64,000 bases of DNA, from contig OX597814.1 in NCBI GenBank assembly GCA_951406725.2, forward strand, positions 8,990,001 through 9,054,000. The letters run 5' to 3'. Both the position numbers and the translations under genes were made by a program. Shown here piece after piece: positions 1-11,681 of the stretch; the first letter of the stretch is position 1, and the number at the start of each line of letters is the position of its first letter. Below the pieces are notes generated by a model that was given only the letters and a program-made list of their open reading frames with translations, was not told the DNA's origin and ran no database searches. Source of the stretch: Octopus vulgaris (taxonomy: Eukaryota).

Positions 1-59
1 TTAACATTCAGAATGTGTCTCAGACATCTCTGATGGAAGTGTTCAAAGAGCTTTACAAA

Positions 60-850
60 ACATTTGTAAAGGGTCCATGTCTCACATGAGTAAAGGAGCG
101 ATGTCAGCACACATGCACGGTACACAGCAATTTATGCTCGCTTTGTGATGCCATGCTGGGACCAGACATGAGACTGAGGAGACCAGAAGGAATCAGTTGT
201 TCTCTGCAGCCTGAAAGGTATTTCCTCATCCAGGGAGCAAAAACGGCTGAATGTGCTGCCCAGGCAGACAAACTTGTTTACCACTTTCAGAATTGTTCCT
301 TCAACCAAGATAGCTGATTCCACACATGGATTACCTGGTGCAGGCTGCAACATTACAACAACCTTGTTCAGTCTAATGCCTTCAACAAGCATAAGTACGA
401 TTCATAAGTATTTGGATGTCATTCACTGTATTAGTGACTAAGTCACAGTCGTCTGCATAAAGGCAGTCATGAATAAGAGACTGGAAAACTTTTGAATTGG
501 CAGCAAACCAGTGCAGATTAATGAGGCAGCCAGAAAACCAATACCTAACATATATTCCCAAAGAGTTAACCTTTGTAAAAGAATGAGTAAAAGAGGCAAC
601 AAAATACAAAGAAAAGAGAGTTGCTTGACACCATTCTCTACAGGAATTGGTCCAGCCATGCCATTACCAACATTGACCTCCACCCCATCATGAAATGATT
701 TAGTTATAGATATAAAGCGATCCAGATATTCAAGTTTGCCAAGTATTTTCCATAGAAAGACTCTACTCACAGTATCAAAGGCTTTGGTTAAATCAATGAC
801 TACCTGGACAAGATCCATATTCTACTCATAACACTTCTCCTGCATCTGTC
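60..850 (-). mobile_element. Degenerate RTE-clade LINE fragment (reverse transcriptase)
   Basis: Frameshifted ORFs 438..818, 382..609 and 132..392 carry RT motifs IDLTKAFDTV, ENGVKQ, LYADD and KFVCLGS. Confidence 0.85.
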
Positions 851-959
851 TCTCAACAGTTCACAGGTTCTACAATTGTTAAGTGCAGGAGAAAATATTC
901 TTTGTGTGCGATGATTGAGTTTTGTACAAAAAGTACTAAAATGTGCAGAAAACAGACTC

Positions 960-1825
960 CTTCAAATGCTCTGGGAGAATCCTTAGAAGTCTGTTGCTGA
1001 GGCAGCCAAGTTAGCAGCAGAGGAGGAAGTTCTGAAAGTGTGGTTGCTAGATTAAATATAGGCTGGGCAAAGTTCAGAGAGATTCTAGTTTTGTTAGTAA
1101 TTAAGGGCCTCTCCATCAGAGTGAAAGGCAGATTGTATGATGCTTGTGTGTGTACAGCTATTTTACATGACAGTGAAATATGGGCTTTGACTACATAGAA
1201 CTTGCAAATGCTTGAAAGAGATGAAGCAAGCACGCTCCACTGGATGAGTAACGTCAGTGTGCATGCACAACAGAGCGTAAATGGTTTAAGAGGAAAACTG
1301 GGTGTAAGAGGCATCGGATGTTGTGGACAAGAGAGAGGACTGTGCTGGTTTATGTGATGCATATGGATGAGGACAGTTGTGTAAAGAAGTGCCAAGCTCT
1401 AATTGTGGAAGGTACCTGTGGGAAGGGTAGATCCAGGAAGACATGGGACAAAGTGATGAGAAGGGATCTTCAGATGCTGGGCCTCACTTGGAAATGACAA
1501 TGGACCGAGTGTTGTGGTGATTTGCTGTACTTGAGAAGAAGTGTCAGGCTTAGTGACATCACTGACTTCCACACATACAGGCTTGTCATTTATAGGTGCT
1601 GGTACCACATGAAATGCATTTGTGCCAGTGTTGTTTAAATGCACCCATGCTGGTGACATATATATATATATAGCACACCCAACATACTCTGTAAAGTGGC
1701 TGGCATTAGTAAGGGGATCCAACTGTAGAAACAATACCACAACAGATAATTTGGAGTCTGGACAGCTCCCTGACAGGCCAACAGCTGTCAAACCACCTAA
1801 TCCAAACTAGCATGATGCTGATGAT
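960..1825 (+). mobile_element. Degenerate 3' part of RTE LINE
   Basis: Similar to the 3' halves of RTE copies at 21565-23990 and 26640-30180 (gtgaaaggcagattgtatgatgc, gtggaaggtacctgtgggaagggtagatccaggaagacatggga); ends in a gatgctgatgat tail. Confidence 0.8.
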
Positions 1826-2449
1826 ATATACATACATCCAATGAACATGCTCATACATGAAAAAAGGACAAATTAATCAATAAGAACTCTGAAATTATCC
1901 TTCTGTACAATTATAAACTAAAACGTTCTTTAATAAGATTTGAAATAAATTATATAAGAAATCCCATTTAACACTGAAGCCCTATTTGTATCAAAGCATT
2001 CCTTAACATAAGCAGATGGCTTGTAAGGACAAGTTAGACTACTGGTATGCATGCTTGTTAAAAGAATTGTAATAATTTGTATAAGTCAATTATAATCACC
2101 TAAAGAGATCATTCACATTAACAAGTAAACATTATTAATGTTTGCAAATGTGTCAAGATGATTATGATGACTCACATACATGGTGTATGTCAAGGAATTG
2201 TAATAATTTGTATAAGTTGGTTATAATCACATATAAAGAATAACTAGTGAGTAAACAGTGTTGTCTGAAGGATTGTCAGAATGATTTGTAAAAATTTGTG
2301 CAAGTATAATGCTGCAGTAATTGCAGTAATTATCTGAAAGGTCCAAAGTTAATCAAATAATGGTAGTACAATGTTTGACGGAAAGTGAAGAGAAGGCATT
2401 TGTCTCCAAAATCTAGGAAATAGATATAAAATTTTCAGAAAGAGAGTTA

Positions 2450-2900
2450 AATTTATCCTCTGGGGAAAAGCACTTGTAATACATTGGGTATTCCCTACTA
2501 CAGATATATTAAGAAATTTGAAACCTTTCACATGTGCTATTTGAACAACACATGCAACATAAAATGGCAAGATAAGACATCCAGTGCCAAAATCTTAGAA
2601 AAATGTGATGTCACCAGTATCCAAAGCATGCTAATGAGTAGGACATGTTCAAGTGAAAGATGACTGCATTCCGAAAATTCTTCTGTATGGTCAGCAATTG
2701 GAGGGATAGTGCAACAAAGGAAGACCTGTCCTTAGGTATAAGGACAAGCTGAAGCTATCACTAAAAGCTCTACTGCTTAACTTGACATCTTGAGAATGTC
2801 ATTGCCTAGATCGGTCTGTATGGCATAAAATGTGTCACAATGCATCCAAACAATCCGAGTTGAAGAAGAAAGAACAATAGAAGAACTATATCCTGCCACC
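2450..2900 (+). mobile_element. Old RTE LINE C-terminal fragment
   Basis: Translates with frameshifts to KKFETFHMCYL..IKWQDK..GHVQVKDDCIPKILLYGQ..RPVLRYKDKLK, typical of the RTE post-RT region. Confidence 0.65.
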
Positions 2901-3427
2901 AATAAACTCATTTGCCCAATCCTAGGCAAAACCAAAATCATCAATGTCCCCATTACGATTTCATTGCAAAATCCATCCCTCGACTCAAATTACATTCATG
3001 TATCCATTGCAAATAGATGCATAATCTTTGTACCCCACCCTTTCTTTCTCTTACTCTATTTAAGTCCCCTCTTTCAAACACTCAAACGTCGAAACTGATG
3101 GGAACGACCATCACCATTAGGGTTGTCTTTGTTTTGTTGCTGTTATTATTGTTGAAACTATTATTATGATTTTGTTTTTGTATTTGTGTCACTGTAAAAA
3201 TATGCTTGGCCTGGCATCTTATGAACTGATTGGTGGAAAGAAGTAGGCTAGGTATACCTGAGGAGACTCAAAGAAATCTGACTGTGCTTAAATGCATTCC
3301 ATTTGAGGAAGTACCAACACACAGCTGTTGCTGAATCGTATTTGTCTGTCTAGTATAAGCTTATATAATAATAAATAAATGTAAAATCAGCAGCTTAAGG
3401 CTAGCATCTGGTACAGAAACTAATGTC

Positions 3428-4990
3428 AATCTATCTATCCGCTCAGTCGAAGTCGACTCTCGGTTACTCGATCGATCAATGTTCTCCAGCAAGTTCTTGG
3501 TCGACCTCTTCCTCTCTTGCCACTGACCATTCCAAGCATGATGTCCTTCTCTAGGGATTTTCTCCGCATAATATGACCAAAATATACCAATCTATTCTTG
3601 GTGATCCTAGCTTCTAGCGACAGTTTCGGCCTGATCTGGTTAAGAACTTCTCCATTGGTGAGCCTCGCTGTCCATGGAATCTGTAAAAGTCTTCTCTAAC
3701 ACCAAAGCTCGAATGCATTAATTCTCTTCTGGTCAGCTTTCTTTAGTGTCCAGGTTTCGCATTCATATTTTGCTATTGGGAAAACGATTGCATTGACCAA
3801 TCTGCATTTGGTAGCGAGGTTAATGTCTCTACTCTTCCAGACCCTGCTCATGCTGAGCATTGCCTCTCTGCCTAGTACTATCCGCTGCCTTATTTCTGGA
3901 GTGCAGTCACCATCTCGATTTACTTTGGAGCCAAGGAAGATGAAATCCTCAACCACTTCGATCTCTTCATTATCGATCTTGATGCTGGTGTTTGTTGTGG
4001 CTGCTGTTGACATCATCTTCGTTTTCTTGACAGCCCAAATTTCTCACTCTCTTTCTTGACTAGCAGGATAAGATTCTCTAGAGCCTTATTATTTTCTACT
4101 AGCAGGGTTGTATCATCTGCATAGCGAAGATTATTAATATTTCTTCCTCCAATCTTCACTCCAATGCTGTTATCCTCCAGGCCTGCATTCCTCTTGACCT
4201 TTTTAGCATATATGTTGAAGACTGCTGGTGACAGGATGCAACCTTGCTGAGTGCCTTTTCCAATCTCAAACCAATCAGTGTCGCCATATGGTGTCCGTAC
4301 TGTAGCCTCTTGATTTCGATAGAGTGATCTAATAAGCTGGACAAGGTATAACGGTGTTCCCATTTCCTCCAGACATTTCCATAAGTTGTCATGATCAATG
4401 CTGTCAAAGGCTTTGGAGTAATCGATGAAACACATGTACAGCTTCTTTTGGTATTCTCTTGCCGTTTCCATAATCCACCGTAGGTTGGCGATGTGATTGC
4501 GGGTGCCTCTTCCCTTTCTGAAACCAGCTTGCACTCTCAATAGTTGTGTTCAGGCGCTTCTGGATGATTTTAAGAATTTTACTTACATGGGGGATCAGGG
4601 TGATGGTACGGTAGTTTGCGCAGTCCTTGGTGTCTCTTTTCTGTGGTATTGGGATGAAAACTGACCTCTTCCATTCCCTTGGCCACTTACAGGTTCTCCA
4701 TATTCGTTGGCAAAGTGATGTTAGTGTTTTGGCTTGAGTAATTCTAGTGGTATGCAATCAGTACCTGGGGCTTTTCAGGTGGGTAGCTGTTTCATTGCCC
4801 ATACCACCTCATCCTCCAGGATGTCTGGCTCCAGTTCCAGTGGCTTCTCTTCTGCCTGCTCATAGAGGTTGTTCCCTGCATACATTTGTTCAGTGTACTC
4901 TTTCCATCTTTTTCTGATCCTTTCTTGGTCATGCAGTTCTTCACCATTTCTCCCATGGATGGTTGCTTGTCTGGCCATGAATGCGGTACG
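3428..4990 (-). mobile_element. 5'-truncated RTE/BovB-like LINE
   Basis: ORFs 4775..5020, 4404..4757, 4013..4540 and 3696..4016 give QAGFRKGRGT, FIDYSKAFD, QGCILSP, LRYADD, FIFLGS and INAFELWC; short (GATA)n-like tail near 3430. Confidence 0.9.
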
Positions 4991-5137
4991 GGTCTTACTA
5001 TTAAAGAGTATCATTTCCATCTTCGGGTTCTTAATTATTATTTATATACATATGTGGGTGTGTGTGTGTATGTATGTATGTATGTATGTATGTATGTATG
5101 TATGTATGTATGTATCTATCTATATATATATATATAA

Positions 5138-7174
5138 ATCATCATCATCATTATCATCATTTAACGTCCGTTTTCCATGCTAGCATGGGTTGGACGGTTC
5201 GACCGGGGTCTTGTAAGCCATGGAGGCTGCACCAGGCTCCAGTCTAATCTGGCAGTGTTTCTACAGCTGGATGTCCTTCCTAACACCAACCACTCCGTGA
5301 GTGTAGTGGGTGTTTTTTGTGTGCCACCAGCACAGGGGCCAGAGAAGGCTGGCAAACGGCCACGATCGGTTGGTGCTTTTACATGTCACCGACACGGACG
5401 CCAATCAGGCGATGCTAGTATCTGCCATGTTCGGATAGTGCTTTTTACGTGTCACTAGTATGGGTGTCTTAACTACAATTACCGTTCAAATTTTTTGATG
5501 TTGACGAACTTGACTCAACAGGTCTCCACAAGAACAGCGGGTCATTCTACGATCCAAGGTTAGCACAGCAGGCCATCCTGCAAGCCATGAACTCACTTAA
5601 TTCGTCGGGTCTTCGAAGTCACAGCATGTCTCCAGAGGTCTCGGTCTTTCGTCATAGCCTCTGTGAGGCTCAAAGTATGAAGGTCATGCGTCACCACCTC
5701 GTCCCATGTCTTTCTGGGTCTACCTCTACCCCGGATTCCTTCAACAGTTTGGGAGTGGTACTTCTTCACACATCTCTCCTCATCCATCCATAGTACATTA
5801 CCATACCAAGGCAAACATCTCTTCTGCATGCCACATCCAATGCTTCTTATGTCCAACATTTCTCTCGGGACGCTTACACTCTATCATGCATGGACACTGA
5901 CATTACACATCCAGTGGATCATGCTAGCTTCATTTCTTTTGAGCCTATGCATATCCTCAACAGTCACAGCCCATGTTTCACTGCTGTGAAGAATGGCAGT
6001 TCGCATACATGCATCGTACAATCTACCTTTCACTCTGAGCGAGAGACCCTTTGTCGCCATTAGGGGGAGAAGCTTCCTAAACTTTGCCCAAGCTATTCTT
6101 ATTCTAGTGGTGACACTCTCTGAGCATCCATCCCTGCTACTAACTTGGTCACCTAGGTAACGAAAGCTGTCAACTACTTCTAGTTTCTCCCCAAGGAGTG
6201 TAATGGAATCTATTTTCTGAGTATCAATGGTGTCTATTGTTCCTGTGCATCTGCCGCACACGAAAGCTATCTTCTCGGTTAATTTTCCTTTGATATTGCT
6301 GCACCTCTTATGTGTCCATAGCTTACACTGGGTACATCCTATGGAGTTTCTACCTACACATTTTCTACAGATCGAGGAGGGCCACCTACCTGAAGGGTGC
6401 GTGATGTGTTCACCTTCCTACTTACCAGAACTTTAGTCTTTGCTACATTGACTCTAAGGCCTTTTGATTCTAAACCTAGCTTCTACACACGAAATTTCTT
6501 CTCTAGTTCCAGTAGCGATTCTGCTACAAGGGCTAGGTCATCAGCATAGAGGAGCTCCCAGGGACAACCCATCTTAAATTCCTCTGTTATTGCCTTGAGG
6601 ACTATGATGAATAGAAGGGGGCTGAGGGCTGAGCCTTGGTGGACACCAACTTCTACCCTGAATTCTTCACTGTACTCATTGCCAATTCTAACCTTACTAC
6701 TAGCCTCTCTGTAGAGAACTTGTACAGCCCTTATTAACCATTCGTCAATCTCCAGTTTCCGCACTGACCACCAGATAAGGGATCGAGGGACCCTGTCAAA
6801 AGCTTTCTCCAAGTCCACAAAAGCTAAGTATAGGGGCTTATCTTTGGTTAGGTATTTCTCCTGCAGTTGTCGAACCATGAATATGGCATCAGTGGTGCTT
6901 CTGCCAGGCACAAAACCAAACTGCATCTCATCTAGGCTAACTCTCTCTCTAATTAGTTGGGCTATGACCCTCTCCGTGACCTTTATTACCTGATCCAGCA
7001 GTTTGATACCCCTGTAGTTATTTCTATCTAGAGCATCACCTTTACCCTTGTAGCAGTTGACTATGGTGCTGCTACGCCAGTCATTGGGTATGACTCCATC
7101 TTGAACCACTTGGTTTACAATGCGGGTGACTAGGCTGTAGCCCACACCACCAGATGTTTTAAGCATCTCAGCAG

Positions 7175-7175
<1 letters not shown>
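5138..7175 (-). mobile_element. 5'-truncated RTE LINE with (GAT)n tail
   Basis: ORFs 6483..7166 (FVDLEKAFDRV, GVHQGSALSP, LYADD), 5884..6261 and 5593..5859 (RGRGRPRKTW); tail reads catcatcat on + at about 5138-5160. Confidence 0.92.
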
Positions 7176-7226
<51 letters not shown>

Positions 7227-7261
7227 GTATGCATATATATATGTGTGTGTATGTATATATA

Positions 7262-8818
7262 TCTCTTATTATAAAAGGCAGATTTTATCTGCCTCCCTTT
7301 GGGAGTTATAGAAATCTACAATATAGGATTTCTTCAATTACAATTTACCTAGCATTTTTAAGAGTAGAATGCATCGCGTCATGCCAGGTCTAGTTTTTAA
7401 AATTTAAACTCCAATTAAGCAAAATTTACAGAAAACTCACATTCTGGTGTGTGTGTCAAATGCTTTTCTTAGTCTGGTTTACACCACACGCAAACGCACA
7501 CACACAGTGTGCAACGAATAAAATGAAAGTAAATAGCGACAGAGTGATTTGAGGAAGACTAAACTGAAAGTATTTAAACCACTACTCAAAAAATAAAAAA
7601 ACACAGCAAACAGAAACAAATAAATACATAACCATTTACTCCTCACACAATTTCTTCAATTAGAATTTACCTAAGATTTTTCAGAGTACTTCAGTGGGTG
7701 ATGCTATAAAAAATTTCTTTCAATTTTACCACCAATTAAGACAAAATTCGAGAAAACTCAATATTTTAACATATCACTCCGAAAGCATTGATGTACATGT
7801 GTGCGTGCGTGAGTGTGTGTGTGTCATTCCTCACACACACGCATACACATACAACTACATACAACTACATACACATACAACTACATACAAACACGTGTGT
7901 GTTTGTTATTAGTAAAAAAGGCGCCAAAACTCAACTCACTTATCATTCCAACACATTTGCAAAGACACACGGACGGACAGAAAAGGTAAATTGGTTTTTA
8001 TTTTACTCTGTATATATTTTATTATATAATATTATATATAGATATATGTATATATAATTGCAGTATGAAACAGTGTTTATGTATAAACAGACGACACTTA
8101 TATATAGTTACCAAGCCGCCTGAATTTACCTATTCATATTTAAATGAGAATATCAGAGCAAATCTCTTTAGTACATTCGTGAAAACATGTATTATACTTC
8201 GTAAACACTTCAACTACAGTTTTGTACAAAAATCGAAGTGTAATTTTAATTCCGTGAATTATGGGAGATTTTTTTCCGAAATTTGTTCCTATTGTGTTTT
8301 CAAAATTTGTAATTCTGACAAAAAATGGATACGAATTTCATTATATCAAGCAGCGAGTCAGAATTCGAAGGATTTTCTACTGAAGACCTTCATAAATCTA
8401 ACTCTATGACTGAAAAAAAAAGCATCTTTATATAAGAGTGAAGTTGTGTGTCTGTCTCCTACGATTTAGATTCCTAACTACTCCCACATTTTGCGGTGCA
8501 GTTTAACAAAAATCGGGTATCTTATAGTCGTGATTCATATCGAGCCCTTCTGGGTATTAGCGTGCTCTACGCTGAGTCTACGATTTAAAAAAAATTTACC
8601 ATCATATTTTTCCATTTTAATGCATTTTTTTCGCTTTTATATAAGGGAAGTAACTCTCTAAAAATATCTACGATGTGTCAACGATTTAAAAAAAAATTTA
8701 CCTTAATTTTTTTTCAATTTTTAATGCATTTTTTTGCTATTTTTTGGCTATAACTCTCTAAAAATGCTTATATAGTTATTTCCCTTACAACCCGAGCAAC
8801 GCCGGGCGATACTGCTAA
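7262..8818 (+). mobile_element. Non-autonomous Helitron-like element, possibly composite with a second 5' end at 8424
   Basis: A|TC start at 7262 (second tctttatataagagtgaagttgtgtgtctgtc at 8424); subterminal GC hairpin cccgagcaacgccggg at 8791-8806, then CTAA|T; no TSD. Confidence 0.7.
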
Positions 8819-8897
8819 TATATATATATATATATGTATATATATGTATATATATATACATATATATATATATATGTATATATATGTATATATATAT

Positions 8898-9060
8898 ACA
8901 TCATCATCATCATCATCGTTTAGCGTCCGTTTTCCATGCTAGCATGGGTTGGACGGGTCAACTGGGGTCTGTGAAGCTGGAAGGCTTCGTCAGGCCCAGT
9001 CAGATCTGGCAGTGTTTCTACGGCTGGATGCCCTTCCTAACGCCAACCACTCCGCGAGTG
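8898..9060 (-). mobile_element. RTE 3'-end fragment
   Basis: catcatcat-cgtttagcgtccgttttccatgctagcatgggttggacgg terminus shared with other RTE copies. Confidence 0.8.
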
Positions 9061-9113
9061 GTTGTATATATATGTATATATATATGTATATATATGTATA
9101 TATATATACATAT

Positions 9114-9560
9114 ATTGCAGATGTGCTACCAGTGCCGGTGGCATGTCAAAACTCTGCTTGTGAAGACCCGTTGAGGCAAGTGAGGATCAGAATCGAAATC
9201 GATCAATGGAAATTGCAGATGTGTTACCAGTGCCGGTGGCATGTAAGAGAACTTTCCGTTTCGCGACCGTTGCCAGCACCGCCCCGTTTCGTGTCCGTTG
9301 CCAGCCTCGCCTGGCACATAAAAAGCACAATCCGTTCGTGGCCGTTTGCCAGCTCTGTCTGGCACCAGTGCGGGTGGCACGTAAAAAGCACCCACTACAC
9401 TCACGGAGTGGTTGGCGTTAGGAAGGGCATCCAGCCGTAGAAACACTGCCAGATTTGACTGGGCCTGATGAAGCCTTCTGGCTTCACAGACCCCAGTAGA
9501 ACCGTCCAACCCATGCTAGCATGGAAAGTGGACGCTAAACGATGATGATGATGATGATGA
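9114..9560 (+). mobile_element. RTE 3'-UTR fragment with (GAT)n tail
   Basis: ggcgttaggaagggcatccagccgtagaaac...ggacgctaaacgatgatgatg; reverse-complement match to 14645-15115. Confidence 0.85.
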
Positions 9561-9700
9561 TATATATATATATATGTATATATATGTATATATATATACA
9601 TATATATATATATATGTATATATATGTATATATATATACATATATATATATATGTATATATATGTATATATATATACATATATATATATGTATATATATG

Positions 9701-9746
<46 letters not shown>

Positions 9747-9850
9747 CATATATATATATATGTATATATATGTATATATATATACATATATATATATGTA
9801 TATATAGATCAATAAATGGTGGGGTTGTGTTGACCGCACGTGGAGAAATG

Positions 9851-11033
9851 ATAAGTAAGGAAAAATTTTTTAAAAATGCAGAATGCTCAAATGAAAGAAA
9901 ATTTTAATAAAATGAGAAATTGATAAAATATATAAATATATGTTTATTCAACCGGTTTTCGTCATTGTATGACTTGTCAAGAATATTTATGTTTTAAAAG
10001 TTTTTTAAAAATTAGAAAGGGGAAAAAAGGGGAATTGCATTGTTTTTTGTAAAAGAATAATGATAAAAATGTACAAAAATTAAAAAATAAGTTCTCCGAT
10101 ACATTGCGAGTTCGTTGTGTATCTTGAGTTTTATGGTTGTTTACGATAAAATTACCTTGAGGTGTTAAGATCCAAAGGGATTAAGAGCATGTGTTGTGTT
10201 GTGTTGTTAAATTCAGCATGTTTGCAGGACAGGAAGTAGTAGTAATTGTGGTCCTGGTTCTTCAGTTCCTGTGTTGTGAGTAAGGGGAGACAACTCTTTT
10301 GAGTTCTTCAATAAAACCCAAATTATAAAACTATCATTTTAGCTTCATTTGCATTATCTTTTTTATATAATTGCTTGATAACTTAACTTTCAGATTTTAA
10401 CACTTTATTTATATTATTTTCTAATAATATAAATCTGCATAGACAATTGCATTTCAAATTCTCATATCATTTATAATAAAAATGATAGTAATAACAACAA
10501 TAGTAAAAATGATATTTAAAGAATATAAGTTTTAGCTTGAAGTGATGAATGCATGGTATCTTTATATATTTGTGTTAGTCCATCCATGAAGAGTGAGGTA
10601 GAGAAAGGAAGTTTGATCAACGAGGAGTTTGCATATTAAGTTGTGTTTGGAATTTTTCAATAAAGAGATTCTCCTTGTTAATTCTCTCCTGTGTGGTGAT
10701 CCCGTCTTTACATTGGTAGAAGGGGAATATATAGAATTTGGGGTTTAAGTCTTTAGCACATGAGTCTAAGTGGTCACTCAGTGGAATTTGTCGGTATTCC
10801 GGGAGATTTATTTGTTCTTTATGCACCGTTACTCGTTTACGTAACGGGAGACTCGTTTGTCCAACATAATTATGTTGGCAACCAGCGCATGTGAGAACGT
10901 AGATAAGGTTCTCGGAGGAACAGGAGAAGTTAGTCTTGATTTTAAACTTCGTACCTTGTTTGAAGGTAAATTCAGAGCCTTCAAGTAGAAAGGGGCAGGT
11001 ACCACAGTTTGAGCGTGCACATTTTTTTACTGT
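9851..11033 (-). repeat. Inverted copy of the PLE 3' end (GIY-YIG domain plus 3'UTR)
   Basis: Near-identical reverse complement of 13366-14550; ORF 10617..11120 repeats the C-terminus of ORF 11682..13781. Confidence 0.95.
9945..9985 (-). ncRNA. Variant minimal hammerhead-like motif (copy in inverted arm)
   Basis: Reverse complement of 14415-14455. Confidence 0.55.
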
Positions 11034-11681
11034 GCACCGATTAGAACCTTCAAGAACCTCCCATACACTAGAAATTATCCCCCCCTCAAGGCTCCCCTCC
11101 CTCACACTAATAACAAACAAGGCATCCTACCCACACCGATACATATAAGACCCACCCAACGAACCCCCTATAGTCCACCCATCCAACAACCACATTCCTA
11201 CCACATCTCCTACAGATCTCCAAACCCTCACATCCCACACGAACCCAATCACCACAACTACATACCCCCCTACATCCCCCCATACAATCTACCAGACACA
11301 CACCCACAAACCCATCGCATTTCTCACAAATCCTTACACCATCGCATCCCATACCAACACAAATACGACAACTACCTACCCCCTCCAACCTCCCCACCCA
11401 AAAACACTCCTACACATACAACCAGAACTTTAACAAAGAATACACCCCTTACCTCAACAACCATTTTTTAGACAGAGGGGAAAAATACAAACACCACCGC
11501 TAACACAGACCCAAAATAAGAAAACAAAAATTATAAACCTCTCCAGCAAAACACTGACACCAACCCAAATCAACATCCTAGCAAGAGGTTTGAAATTCAC
11601 ACCCACCCCAAGAACACCCAACCCCCGGAGGTCAAGGATGACGTTTCTGAATTCTGCAGAAAACTTCGCCTAACAGAAGCT

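Noticed and set aside
10617-11120. Stand-alone GIY-YIG nuclease gene (167 aa)
   Set aside because: It is the inverted duplicate of the PLE C-terminus fused to antisense sequence, with no real start.
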